A DNA stretch of 52,980 nt from the IMG/VR virus record IMGVR_UViG_3300030104_002689, positions 1 to 52,980 of that record. One strand, given 5' to 3'. The position numbers were made by a program, and so were the translations under genes. Numbering within the stretch: position 1 is the stretch's first letter; each line of letters begins with the position of its first letter. Shown here in pieces: positions 19,201 through 28,671 of this stretch. The notes below the pieces were generated by a model. The model was not told where the DNA came from. It did not search any database and worked only from the letters and a program-made list of their open reading frames with translations. Source of the DNA: a virus (Duplodnaviria; Caudoviricetes).

Positions 19201-22200
19201 AAACATTTTTTAGAATGGGCATCTAATAAAAATCCAGCACAAATAGCTATGGGTGAAACATACTATAAAGTAGCTGATACTTTTATGGGTCTTATATCTT
19301 CTGATGATAAATTTAGTAAATTTGCTGAAAGCGAAATAAAAGAAGTAGAAAATGCTTTTGTTCGTGGTGAAGAATATTTAATGGAAGCTATATATCAAGC
19401 TGATATAGAAAATGCAGATATACAAATAGAAAACTTTACGCATTTAAATTCAAGATTTTTTGAAGCTATGAATGTTACGTTAGACAATGATATGATAAGA
19501 TCTATTGAAAAAGCAGCTGAAGACAACGATACGTTTGAAGGTTTTGTTACAGAAATAAGTAAAAAAGATTACAGTTTGTTAAGTCCAGATGGTGAAACAC
19601 CAAGTGATATTGTAAATAAAAACTCACCTTTAAAAAGAAGATTAAGACAATACTATGTATCTAACAGATCTGAAAATAATGTTATGATTAATATGGGTGA
19701 GCGTGAAAATGGACAAACTCCTAAACAAAAAGCTGTTTATTTAAATATAAATAACGGTTCTAAAGGCTTTACTTATTTTATTAAAGATGCAAGTAAAGGC
19801 AAAAAACGTTTACCAACAAACGCCAGAGCAACAATGGCAGATAAATTTGTTGAAACTCCAATAGTTTGGTTAAATGGTAGTGACTTAACTGCGTACAATC
19901 ATATGAATAAAAAGTTTGAATCAATCTATGGGTTTTTATCTAAAGATTTAATGGATGGTATGATACAAGATGTATTATCACAAGATGGTGTTCATTATGT
20001 TCCTTTATTTGTTCGTGGTGATTCAGATCGTATGGCAATGATACAAATTACTGACGCTGTAAGAAACATGAATCCAGAAGAATATTGGGCTAAAGAATTA
20101 AAAGATAATAAAAAATACGAAGACATTAAAGAAATATACATGAAACCATCTAAGGCTTTTGGTGATGAAATGCTTACTAAGTTAGCTAACATACAAAGAC
20201 ATATAGCATACAAAGAAATACTTGGGGAAGACTATCATACATTATCTGCACATAAGGTTATGCAACGTATAAAAATATTATATACACCAGCTTTAACATT
20301 TACTGGTGGTAAACCAAGTTTAGTAAAAATATTAAATACTAAAAAAGCTTTAGAGGGTAAACAAAATTTTATAACTGAAACAACTTATGAAGATGGAACT
20401 GTTACAACTAAAAATTTAGTAAAGTTAATGAATGGGGTTATGCAGTATACTGGCGATGGATTAACTTTAACATCGGAAAAAGTTTTTAGAGAAAAATATC
20501 CTAATGAAATAGGTGCAAATCCAGAAGCATTTAGAGCAAAGACTGTAAAAGCTTATAGAGGTGAATTAGGTACAGCTTTAATGAAACATCAAGAAATGAC
20601 ATTTGATTTGCCAGAAAATGCTGTAAAGTCAGATGTAATACTTGGTGGTAAAAAAGTTGCAGAAGTTAGACGAGATAAAGGTCAAGTAAATATATTTGTA
20701 GCTGATGATGATGGTGGTTTTACAAAATATGTAGACCATTTAAATACAGATGATGAATCTAAGGTGTTGTTAGGAGATCTATCTAATTACGACAAAGTAC
20801 ATGAATTGCCATCTGAAGCTACTGGTCATATTATGTTAACAGAAGGAGAAAAAGTTAGGGCACCTTTTCCAATGCAGTTAACAAACTACATGAATAATAA
20901 AGATTTTTTAAATGCTTTAAATAATTTAATGGAAGACTCAGACAATTCGCAATCTACTATATCTAAATTAAGAAGAATGATGCAATTAGCACAGAATCCA
21001 GATAGATTAAATGAGTTTTTATTAGAAACAAAATCTAAATATCCTGATAGTGTACCTAGAATGATTATGGAAATGGCTGCATTAGGAGCTGGTCATCATG
21101 AATCTGTGTTTGATATAGCAAGAACTATAGTAAAGAATAGATTATTTTCTGAAGCTATGGATAACAAACAAGATGGTGGTGTTTTAGATTTTAGAGCTAG
21201 TTATACAAGAGATGTAGAAAAAGGTAAAATTATATTACCATACGATTCTCAAAATATGCGTGATACAGTTGCTAGGCAATTAGCTGAACAAACAGATGGT
21301 GATATGTTAAAAATTTCTAATTTACCTGTAGAAGAAATTAATAAGTTGCTCAAGAAAAACCCAGTTAAGATAAACTTAGTTAGACATCCTATACCATCTA
21401 GGGCTGGTTATCGTGTATTACAAGTAGAATCTTTAGATACTGGTATTGGTGATAGTTTTATTATCAACGATGAAGATGTTAAAGAAGTTTTTGAAGGCGA
21501 CTTTGACCATGACACAGGACATATATTTACATTACCTTTTGCTATGCAAAGACAAATGGACAAACAACAAGATTTTGACAGTAAACCTACTAACCTTTCT
21601 CAATATGAAGGAATGGTTAAAGAAGCTAACTTAGGTTCATTAGATGAAACATTAGAATTAATGGTAGAAATGAGTGCTGGGCAAACAGCTATTGGTGAAA
21701 TAGCAAATATGCAACGAGCAATAGGTATAGGGCAACAAGTCTTTGGCAGTATGGAAATAAATGGGAAAACAGTTAAGATGCGTTCTCTTGACGCAGAAAT
21801 AACCGACCCGAAGGTAGGAACTATGTTGTTAGAAGATTTAATGAAACATTATGCACAAGCAGCATTTGATAATGTTAATCTTCGTTTATTAAAAGCCTGG
21901 GATTATTCTCAAGACAATATGATTAAAAAAATATTTTATAACTCAGATAATAGCCCAATAGATGATATACAAGTTCAAGTTTTAAAGGCAACATTTTTAA
22001 ATACAATTAGAACTACTCAAGCAATTAAAAATAATCAAGAGTTTGGTAGCAAACTTGATTTAGATAAAATGTTAGCAAGATCAATTGATTATAAAAACTT
22101 TACTGAAAACAGAGAAACGTATTTAAGAAATAAAGGAAAAGACAAAAATATTGAGTTAGAAGATGGAGAAAAAGTTCCAGCTTCAGATTATATTGGTAAG

Positions 22201-22989
22201 ATTAATATGAAAGATGGTCTGCATCCACATGAAAAATTAATTATCATGGTAACAGAAAGAGCAGATGCAATTCATAGGTTAGATTATAAAAATAAAAAAT
22301 TACTTTATGATGAAGATGGTAATCCTATTACTGGTATAGACGTAGACGAGTTATTTAGATATAGTCCAGCTAAAATAAAAATGGCTCATGATTTAGCTAC
22401 AAGAGAAGTAACTACAGATACAGAAAGATTGTCTATGGTAGAAGATGCTTATGGTGATATTATGGATAATTTAAATCAGGACCAGTTAAGAACTGTTTTA
22501 AAAGATATAGAAACTGGAGAACAATGGGGAGCTACTATGAGGCAAAATCTTATGGAGGTTTATGCTAAAATGGAAGAAAGCAAATCAGATGAAGCTCCAG
22601 CAAAAATAGCAAACAGTCTTACATGGGATTATAATAAAGATTTTGTAGACTTTACACAAAAGTGGCTTAATGGTTTTACTTATGATAATGGAACAGAACA
22701 AGCTGGATATAATCAATTAACTCCTGTAGCACAAGTATCTGCTACCTATCAATTTTTAGAAGGCATTATAGATGCTAGAGATGGACAAGGTAAAAATACA
22801 GTAAGAAAATTACCACCTATTTCTAGAAATACTGGAGAAACATTATTAAATCCAGATATTATGAGTAAATATTTTGATAAATATAATGATGTAATTACTG
22901 ATGTTTTTGAAGATGGTAAAGAATATGGTATGAGACAACCAAACAAAACATTTAATAGATTATTCAAGGAGTTTTATAACTGTGAGTAG
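16276..22989 (+). CDS. Giant internal virion protein containing a two-barrel (DPBB) RNA polymerase; probable virion RNAP
   Basis: D1394-G, K1422, K1437, R1703-H-P, D1742-F-D-H-D1746, I1806-G-E-I-A-N and A-A-F-D1865 occur in the order seen in single-chain two-barrel polymerases. Ejection-type N-terminus; Rho-N-like segment at aa ~798-831. Confidence 0.8.
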   Translation: MSDRIPKNYIDPISGVPLGQIMDDSEGFAQVIFDPNRLNGDVKIYEGILNQFDKDYKEVMKMDIQRTDKPVRKTYNLDTDDRFNNNYNHIKKVTGQVAREKNFGVNTPKNQMERFTSEWASEIGGLMNYLEGYLPDKKTIEGKELHKRYNALLDDVFENFYVPAIEKQAEILETKHSIDSKGDWWNKTIGSATQTLGTGLQVKSSDIAKVATGAMNMLDPTSPVRMGSGKWSRYAEDLAQEIYDAGDSIAGWGGRKMEGAKEPTGVYAESFVDRIGKDGVKTFLDASYVGYKVGENLGSQMFTTAPTLALQTAAQLNPYVRGMGLFARTGMGLLASTPALAVGNVMETGDAYQSARSHLLNLRRRAKGELSSISSKDADAMQEFNDMYSVYLNEAVTKTVDKLDDDDIHMISKEIADAYGYLSTGIEALGNLPQAGILARGVANNLGIELGKKETKKELTKYVTDSLYKRIMKNKVSNVAASGVSAYVQEGLTEGLQQFTQENILSRRLPMKDVEIDQVWNAAIAGGFSGASISTGVQSTFALGAKIGEYRDNRAYEQLDEEYQFIKQEARDKTSYDDTIRLYGAMGVGYKDIGEFISSRYNEDEQKSIRLKVKERYLNMRSDIENLRNNPQGLISLIKNNKEEIGSVVDLNEPFLQALGLQPSQIADVLGVKISDLNQQKGFNYENVQKERQQSLDESSTDFTQPPQRVDGSQADDPTVGGPDPTIMGDPTVDFDPTVFQEKQVERLQSEIESLKRGSQNTHLSPEERTVQIEALENEIDKLQIGIIPTNALTKSPSEMTVAELKDLAKEQGKTGYSRFSKKQLVELVSEETQDEPVVKQSTSQNAINTAANFAAMMGSEGMGAFNISDSYDALELQDLEELNPGFVKQHAEKKGLITENKSTSELIEEIVEKFPKQMNMGMPLTVSQKAKWNREFNKAWITALDNVENVERMEGFFRMWVETKVGPLLPEPLQKHFLEWASNKNPAQIAMGETYYKVADTFMGLISSDDKFSKFAESEIKEVENAFVRGEEYLMEAIYQADIENADIQIENFTHLNSRFFEAMNVTLDNDMIRSIEKAAEDNDTFEGFVTEISKKDYSLLSPDGETPSDIVNKNSPLKRRLRQYYVSNRSENNVMINMGERENGQTPKQKAVYLNINNGSKGFTYFIKDASKGKKRLPTNARATMADKFVETPIVWLNGSDLTAYNHMNKKFESIYGFLSKDLMDGMIQDVLSQDGVHYVPLFVRGDSDRMAMIQITDAVRNMNPEEYWAKELKDNKKYEDIKEIYMKPSKAFGDEMLTKLANIQRHIAYKEILGEDYHTLSAHKVMQRIKILYTPALTFTGGKPSLVKILNTKKALEGKQNFITETTYEDGTVTTKNLVKLMNGVMQYTGDGLTLTSEKVFREKYPNEIGANPEAFRAKTVKAYRGELGTALMKHQEMTFDLPENAVKSDVILGGKKVAEVRRDKGQVNIFVADDDGGFTKYVDHLNTDDESKVLLGDLSNYDKVHELPSEATGHIMLTEGEKVRAPFPMQLTNYMNNKDFLNALNNLMEDSDNSQSTISKLRRMMQLAQNPDRLNEFLLETKSKYPDSVPRMIMEMAALGAGHHESVFDIARTIVKNRLFSEAMDNKQDGGVLDFRASYTRDVEKGKIILPYDSQNMRDTVARQLAEQTDGDMLKISNLPVEEINKLLKKNPVKINLVRHPIPSRAGYRVLQVESLDTGIGDSFIINDEDVKEVFEGDFDHDTGHIFTLPFAMQRQMDKQQDFDSKPTNLSQYEGMVKEANLGSLDETLELMVEMSAGQTAIGEIANMQRAIGIGQQVFGSMEINGKTVKMRSLDAEITDPKVGTMLLEDLMKHYAQAAFDNVNLRLLKAWDYSQDNMIKKIFYNSDNSPIDDIQVQVLKATFLNTIRTTQAIKNNQEFGSKLDLDKMLARSIDYKNFTENRETYLRNKGKDKNIELEDGEKVPASDYIGKINMKDGLHPHEKLIIMVTERADAIHRLDYKNKKLLYDEDGNPITGIDVDELFRYSPAKIKMAHDLATREVTTDTERLSMVEDAYGDIMDNLNQDQLRTVLKDIETGEQWGATMRQNLMEVYAKMEESKSDEAPAKIANSLTWDYNKDFVDFTQKWLNGFTYDNGTEQAGYNQLTPVAQVSATYQFLEGIIDARDGQGKNTVRKLPPISRNTGETLLNPDIMSKYFDKYNDVITDVFEDGKEYGMRQPNKTFNRLFKEFYNCE

Positions 22990-25900
22990 ATGTACAACGT
23001 TAAATCAATCATTAGAAGACCAAAGATTACAAGAGTGGGCTGATAGGCATGCACGAAGAAATCAAATTGAGGGTATGTTGGGTGAGCAAAAAGCTAGTAA
23101 AACTGCTCGTTTAGTAAAATGGTTGTCAGAAAAACAACAAGATGTTCTTACTGAAAAAGAATTAAACAGTGCAATTAAAACATATGTAAAACCACAAGAT
23201 AGAGAGCAAGCTAAATTAGCTCTTGAAATAATTTCTAGAATGGAAGCTAATCCGTTGATAGAAGATCAAATGTATTTTTCTATTCTTGAAAATTCTAGGT
23301 ATTTATCTGAGAACGACATAGACCAAGTAGAATATACTGAAAATAAAAATGGTGATAGAGTTCCAGTATTAGATACATTACCAGTTACTATTCTTAGAAA
23401 CATACAAGGCGATTTAAATGGAGCATTAAATGGTGGTAAAATGTTTCAAAATCGTAGAGGTGTATTAGGTAATATGCAATATGAATGGGGTTCTCCAAGA
23501 CGCACCATGATGAAAGATCCATCTGGAACAATGTTTAAAGTAAACGAAGTTACTGAACAGTTTACTTATAATGCTCAAAGTTTTGCTAATCAATATTTAT
23601 ATGCTCCTAAAAGTAGAACTGGTACAAAAGTTCGTGATTATGGATTTACTACTATAGCTGGAGATGTTGATTTTTTTGCTGATTATACAATGAATATACC
23701 AGCTGAAGATACCTGGAAGTTGTTTTCAGAAGTTATGGAAGGAAGAACTATTTACGACCAAAGAACTGGTTTTATTATGAGGCATCAAGAAGAAGTAAAA
23801 ATGCCTAATGGTCAATTTGAATGGAGAAATCTTAAACCATTTACATACAAAGAAAATGGTAAAGAAAAAATATTAAAAGGTTTTACACCAGCTCAATTAC
23901 AAACATTTCAGCAAATAGAATCAGAAGCTAGGGAAATGTTTAAATTAATTGGTAAAGACATGGAGAATGAAATTTCTTATATATCGCAATCTGAAGGTGC
24001 ATTAAAAAGAAGAGCAAAAGAAGCTGGATTAGAAGATTGGCTAGAATCTATGATAGGTGGAATGATTGATGATGAATTATTAATTGCAGGATTAAATGCT
24101 GGAGAAATGAAATCTGGCAAGTATTACCCTAGAATGTTTTTGCGTGGTAAAATTACTTTAAATCTACAAGAAGCTTTAATTAGTCAAGAAGACGCATTAA
24201 AGAAAAAGAAACAAACTTTAAATAATCCTGACTCTGGTATGGATACACCAACAAAAAAACAATTAGCTGATGAAATATTTGACCATGAATTTTCTATATT
24301 AGCTATACAAAGACAGTTAGATATGGCTTTTGATCAAAATCAATCTTACAGCCCAGCTACTGGAGATTATAATAGAACACAAAGTTGGTATAAAAATTTT
24401 AAAAATGTTACTAGAGTAATGAATCCTAATGATATGCGTTATGATGAAAATGTTATGGAGGATTATGTTAACAATGTTTCTAATGCAGTAATTAGAAATG
24501 ATGCTATAATAAAAGTAGGCAATGCTTTATTAGATGCAAAGATAAATGGTTTTAATGACAATGTTATTGGCGCATCTAAAGATATATTTGATGCTACATT
24601 TTTTCCACAAAATGCTGCTAGTCAAATGTTTGGAAAAGATTTGAGAGCCTCTACAATATCTAAACAAGTTGGTCAAATAGGTATTCCATTAAGCGAAGAA
24701 AGAATAATAAACGGTTCTAATTCTTTATCTAATATGACTACTGCTAATGTTTTGTTTGGAATATTTCAAGGAGTTGTTAATTATTCTGCATTGTTATTAA
24801 AATTAGATAGAGTTGGTTTATCTGATTTTGTTAAAGCAAGTCATGAAATGACAGATCCTAAACGTAGAGATGTTTGGAGAGATATTGTAGCTAAGTCTGG
24901 TATTAATACTTTTTCAGAATTTGTAACTACATATTTTTCACATTCTATGAGACCAGATGAAGTTGCTGCTTACAAAACAGAAATAAATCAATTTAAAGCT
25001 ATGGTAGAAAAAGCAGAAAAAACTGGTAATATTGCTGAAATAAAAAAATATAGAAATTATATTAAAAAACAAAAAAGTAAAATTGCTCCATTTAAAAGAG
25101 CTGTAGAACAAGCAGCTAATTATGTTATTACTAGAAATCTTTATTATAAAAAGAATGCACCTGTTTTAGGTAAAGTTTTAGAGACTGGTTCTTTATACGC
25201 TAAAGTAATGCCATCTATTAATGACACTGAACAAATGTTACGTTCTACTAGTTTTATTATAGGTGCAATGAATGAAGTAAAAACAGGTAGAGCTAAAGAC
25301 ATAAACTCTAAAGAAGCTATTGATGCTGGTATACAGATGGCTATGAATCTTGATTTTGGTTTATCGCATCAGCATGTAGGTGCAGCTTTAAGAGGTCCAA
25401 TTGCTGGACAACAATTAAATAAAATGAAAATATGGCATGTACAAAAAGCTGGTTTTGATATAAGAACATTTACAAAGGCAGTACGTTCTATGACTCCAGA
25501 TTTAGAATTGTCAAATGGTAAATTTAATACAAAAGCTATGAACGCATTTAGATTAGGTACTAGTGGTATAAAGTTATTAGCTACTAATCCATTAACTAAA
25601 GGTGTAGCTGCTGGTTTAATAGCAGGTGGACTTGGAGCTTCTATGCCATTAGCTTATTTAGCTACAGCAGGAGTTACTCTAGGTTCTAATAAATCAAAGA
25701 AAATGCGTAAAGTAAATAATTATGTAGCACATTTTAATAGTGCATTTATTAGACAAGCTATGGTTACTGGTTTAATGGATTTAGTTATATTTGGGGCACC
25801 AGCTACATTACTTGCTAACTCATGGTTAAAAAGAAATTTCTTTGCATCTGGTATGTCGAAAGGAATACAAGGTATGGGGTCTAGTGCTATATCATTAGGT

Positions 25901-26194
25901 ATTGCATTAACACAAATTGCGGCAGGATTATTAAAGGGAGAGGAAGAAAAGGAAATTGAAAAACTTATACCAAGAGCATTGTTTCATACTCCAATTGGTA
26001 TAGGTGCTGGAGCTTTGTACGCTGCTGGTAAATGGGCACAGGATGTTTATAGGCATGATAGAAAATATGAATTAGAAAATTTGGATCATTGGGAAGACAA
26101 TCGTAAAAGAGCGTTATCTCCTTATATTCCATTTGGTAAGTTCGGGTATGGTGTTGCTGCTGAACCTGTGATTCGTCGTCTAAGCGGTACTTAA
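22982..26194 (+). CDS. Large internal virion (ejection) protein
   Basis: 1070 aa, helical, YYPR motif, Gly/Ala-rich hydrophobic C-terminal segments. GTG start after AGGAG; last gene of the late operon. Confidence 0.65.
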   Translation: MSRCTTLNQSLEDQRLQEWADRHARRNQIEGMLGEQKASKTARLVKWLSEKQQDVLTEKELNSAIKTYVKPQDREQAKLALEIISRMEANPLIEDQMYFSILENSRYLSENDIDQVEYTENKNGDRVPVLDTLPVTILRNIQGDLNGALNGGKMFQNRRGVLGNMQYEWGSPRRTMMKDPSGTMFKVNEVTEQFTYNAQSFANQYLYAPKSRTGTKVRDYGFTTIAGDVDFFADYTMNIPAEDTWKLFSEVMEGRTIYDQRTGFIMRHQEEVKMPNGQFEWRNLKPFTYKENGKEKILKGFTPAQLQTFQQIESEAREMFKLIGKDMENEISYISQSEGALKRRAKEAGLEDWLESMIGGMIDDELLIAGLNAGEMKSGKYYPRMFLRGKITLNLQEALISQEDALKKKKQTLNNPDSGMDTPTKKQLADEIFDHEFSILAIQRQLDMAFDQNQSYSPATGDYNRTQSWYKNFKNVTRVMNPNDMRYDENVMEDYVNNVSNAVIRNDAIIKVGNALLDAKINGFNDNVIGASKDIFDATFFPQNAASQMFGKDLRASTISKQVGQIGIPLSEERIINGSNSLSNMTTANVLFGIFQGVVNYSALLLKLDRVGLSDFVKASHEMTDPKRRDVWRDIVAKSGINTFSEFVTTYFSHSMRPDEVAAYKTEINQFKAMVEKAEKTGNIAEIKKYRNYIKKQKSKIAPFKRAVEQAANYVITRNLYYKKNAPVLGKVLETGSLYAKVMPSINDTEQMLRSTSFIIGAMNEVKTGRAKDINSKEAIDAGIQMAMNLDFGLSHQHVGAALRGPIAGQQLNKMKIWHVQKAGFDIRTFTKAVRSMTPDLELSNGKFNTKAMNAFRLGTSGIKLLATNPLTKGVAAGLIAGGLGASMPLAYLATAGVTLGSNKSKKMRKVNNYVAHFNSAFIRQAMVTGLMDLVIFGAPATLLANSWLKRNFFASGMSKGIQGMGSSAISLGIALTQIAAGLLKGEEEKEIEKLIPRALFHTPIGIGAGALYAAGKWAQDVYRHDRKYELENLDHWEDNRKRALSPYIPFGKFGYGVAAEPVIRRLSGT

Positions 26195-26200
26195 AACGCA

Positions 26201-26234
26201 AAAGCCTGTGGTTCTGTCCTTGACCACAGGCTTT
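26201..26234. terminator. Bidirectional intrinsic terminator between the convergent operons
   Basis: AAAGCCTGTGGT-10 nt-ACCACAGGCTTT, a perfect 12-bp inverted repeat at the convergence point. Confidence 0.8.
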
Positions 26235-26304
26235 GCTCACCCATAAGTTAATTAATTGCCCATATCAATTAACCACTACGAAATATTATAAAAAAAAACT
26301 ATCT

Positions 26305-26625
26305 CTAATCAAGAGATTTTTTATTCTTTTTTACAAACCTTTCTAAAAACTCATCATAACGCATTACAATAAGTGGTTCTTCTCTATCTGCTTTGATTAC
26401 TTGGGCATTTACATGCTTACTAGGTATCATCCATTGCCCCATAGCTTTTCTAACTTTAGCTTGAACTTTGAATGATTTACCTAGTAGTACGTCTACTTCT
26501 TCGTGCATGCCGAGAGCTGCGCCATTAGACGCATATGCTCTCTTGCATGCTATTCCCATGGCTTGGGTCATTAATACTATCAATCTTTCGAATCTGTTAC
26601 CTTTTGCTTTACTTGGACTTGCCAT
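26305..26625 (-). CDS. Holliday junction resolvase (Hjc-like PD-(D/E)XK)
   Basis: SKAKGNRFER...VDV...VQAK pattern, 106 aa. Confidence 0.8.
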   Translation of the reverse strand: MASPSKAKGNRFERLIVLMTQAMGIACKRAYASNGAALGMHEEVDVLLGKSFKVQAKVRKAMGQWMIPSKHVNAQVIKADREEPLIVMRYDEFLERFVKKNKKSLD

Positions 26626-26627
26626 TT

Positions 26628-26843
26628 CTAACTCTTTTCTTCGTCAATTGTTTTCATATAGAACGCATCTTGCAATTCTGCTTCTAGCTTATCTTGTTTT
26701 TTTGTTTCTGTAAACATAACAATGCCATCTATAATACCTTTTTTATAAGCACGTGCTTCTATAGTAGTGTCAAAAGCAGCCATAGGAGCATCTCCTTGGT
26801 CGTTTTTTAGAATCTCTTTCCAATATACCATGTATTTACTCAT
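26628..26843 (-). CDS. Hypothetical protein
   Basis: Coupled to the helicase stop. Confidence 0.65.
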   Translation of the reverse strand: MSKYMVYWKEILKNDQGDAPMAAFDTTIEARAYKKGIIDGIVMFTETKKQDKLEAELQDAFYMKTIDEEKS

Positions 26844-28222
26844 TTAATATTGCCAAACCTTTCTATTCGTTTAATGAACTCTTTAGCTTCATCATCATCT
26901 AGCTCATCTACTGAGTTTACAGTTTCATCTACATTTTCTATAAACGAAACTTTGTTACCATCAAAACCAAACACTAGTTTTTTGTTTTCACCATAACGAA
27001 CTTTAGCTGCTACAATTTGTGTTTTGTTCTTACCTAGTGTACTGTTTTCATAATTTACTTTGTAATCATAATACACAAAAAGAACATTTTCTGCAACTTG
27101 TTCTATAGAGCCTGATTCTGCTAAATCACTCATCTTTGGTACTGGGTCAATACGTTTTTCTATATCACGATTAAGCTGACTAACAAGTATAGGTACAATT
27201 TGATATTGTTTAGCAAGCCATTTGTATTCATTCATAACTGTTTCTAGTTCAAATCGTCTTTGATCGTAACCATCCATTTTAATAAGCTGTATATAGTCAT
27301 CAATAATTACATCTGGTTTGTGTCTTGCTATGTGAGTTACAACAGAATCTAAATCTCTTGCAGTGTCTATCATAATTAACTGGTCTTGATATGTTTTCAT
27401 AACATTCATAACTCGCATTAATTCATTATAGCCACCTTTGTCCAAGCCATTGGCACGAATATCACTATAGCTTAGATTACCACTTTCTAGTACAACTAAC
27501 TTTTTCATCATTTCTACATTAGTCATCTCACGATTAATCATAAGAACTTTGTGTCCTTGTTTAACAAAGTTTCTAACTAAATTAACAGAGAATGTAGTTT
27601 TGCCATGACCTGGTCTACCTGCTATAACAGTAACCTCGCCTTTAGTCATACCACCAGCTAGATTGTCTAGTTTATTGTAACCAAATCTAATATAGTTACC
27701 ACCTGTTTTAATTGAGTCTAAAGTTTCATCTATAATTGATTCAATAGATGGATCTTTAATAGGACTTAAAGCTGTTAACGAATCAGTTGTTTTTTTTACT
27801 TTGCGTATTAATTTTTCAAATTCTTCGTTATTCTCGTAAGCACCTTTTTGTATTTTAATACTAGATTTAATTAACTCACGCTTTAAGAACCTCTCCAATA
27901 TTACCTGTGCATGATGCTCAACGTTAGCTGTGGAAGGGATAGAACCAGACAAACCAGTTATATAGTATGCTGATACAGCTTGTTTTTCTTTGCTAGTAAG
28001 TTTAGACATTATAGCTATAGGGTCAATTGGAGATTTGTTCTTACTCAATTCTACTATTTTTTGCCATATTATTTTAGTTTTTTCATGATAAAATACATCT
28101 GGCTTTGGAATGTAGTCTTTAACTACTGTGTATAGTTCTGGGTTAATCATTATGCAACCAAGAACTGATTCTTCTGCTTCTTTACTATGAGGAAAAGCTT
28201 GGTATTCTTCTACACCTCGCAT
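26840..28222 (-). CDS. dnaB: Replicative DNA helicase, DnaB family
   Basis: PHS.EAE.SVLG N-terminus, Walker A AGRPGHGKT, IIDDYIQL, SQLNR, SDLAESGSIEQ, KVRYG. Confidence 0.96.
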   Translation of the reverse strand: MRGVEEYQAFPHSKEAEESVLGCIMINPELYTVVKDYIPKPDVFYHEKTKIIWQKIVELSKNKSPIDPIAIMSKLTSKEKQAVSAYYITGLSGSIPSTANVEHHAQVILERFLKRELIKSSIKIQKGAYENNEEFEKLIRKVKKTTDSLTALSPIKDPSIESIIDETLDSIKTGGNYIRFGYNKLDNLAGGMTKGEVTVIAGRPGHGKTTFSVNLVRNFVKQGHKVLMINREMTNVEMMKKLVVLESGNLSYSDIRANGLDKGGYNELMRVMNVMKTYQDQLIMIDTARDLDSVVTHIARHKPDVIIDDYIQLIKMDGYDQRRFELETVMNEYKWLAKQYQIVPILVSQLNRDIEKRIDPVPKMSDLAESGSIEQVAENVLFVYYDYKVNYENSTLGKNKTQIVAAKVRYGENKKLVFGFDGNKVSFIENVDETVNSVDELDDDEAKEFIKRIERFGNIK

Positions 28223-28473
28223 ACATCACCTACACAATTTGAGTCATTACTCATTACCGACGATTCCATATCTCTTTTTTCTTTAATTTTATTTTTTATT
28301 TCTAGTATTGCTTTACGCAAACTTTCTGTATTTGGTCGGTCTTGTGTAGGGATTGCATCAATTACTTTTAATGCTGTCATTAATGTATTTACTTCTTCCA
28401 TGTTCTGTATCAATAATAAATAATATCCGTTCTCCATAATTTCTTTCTTTTTCTGTTCTGTTAAAACTTCCAT
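28210..28473 (-). CDS. Hypothetical protein
   Basis: AAGGA RBS; ends in CVGDVCEV. Confidence 0.65.
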   Translation of the reverse strand: MEVLTEQKKKEIMENGYYLLLIQNMEEVNTLMTALKVIDAIPTQDRPNTESLRKAILEIKNKIKEKRDMESSVMSNDSNCVGDVCEV

Positions 28474-28491
28474 AATTTTTCCTTTTCTTAT

Positions 28492-28643
28492 TACAGACAG
28501 AAAACCGACTACAAAATACCAGCCTTCTTAAACAGTTCTTTATAAATAGAATCCTAGTTATTAATTAAACGTACTTAAGAAAGCACAGTTACTAAACGCC
28601 AATCCAGTTAATTATGCACTTTGAAAGTCGGTTATTGTCTGTA
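28492..28643 (-). ncRNA. Putative structured RNA element
   Basis: Outer stem 28492-28510/28626-28643 and nested stem 28522-28531/28575-28584; the inner mismatch becomes G-U on the - strand. Confidence 0.5.
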
Positions 28644-28671
28644 TTTTCTATTGTAAAATAGAGTTTTGAAT

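Noticed and set aside
16276-22989. N4-like (T7-type) virion RNAP or tape-measure protein
   Set aside because: I did not find the T7-family motif set, whereas the two-barrel motif order is present; the gene set is podovirus-like with no recognisable tail-tube genes.
1068-26240. Short - strand ORFs inside the late genes (e.g. 1068-1367, 10699-11013, 17535-17879, 25965-26240)
   Set aside because: Antisense shadows of long, coupled + strand genes, with no RBS or family motifs.
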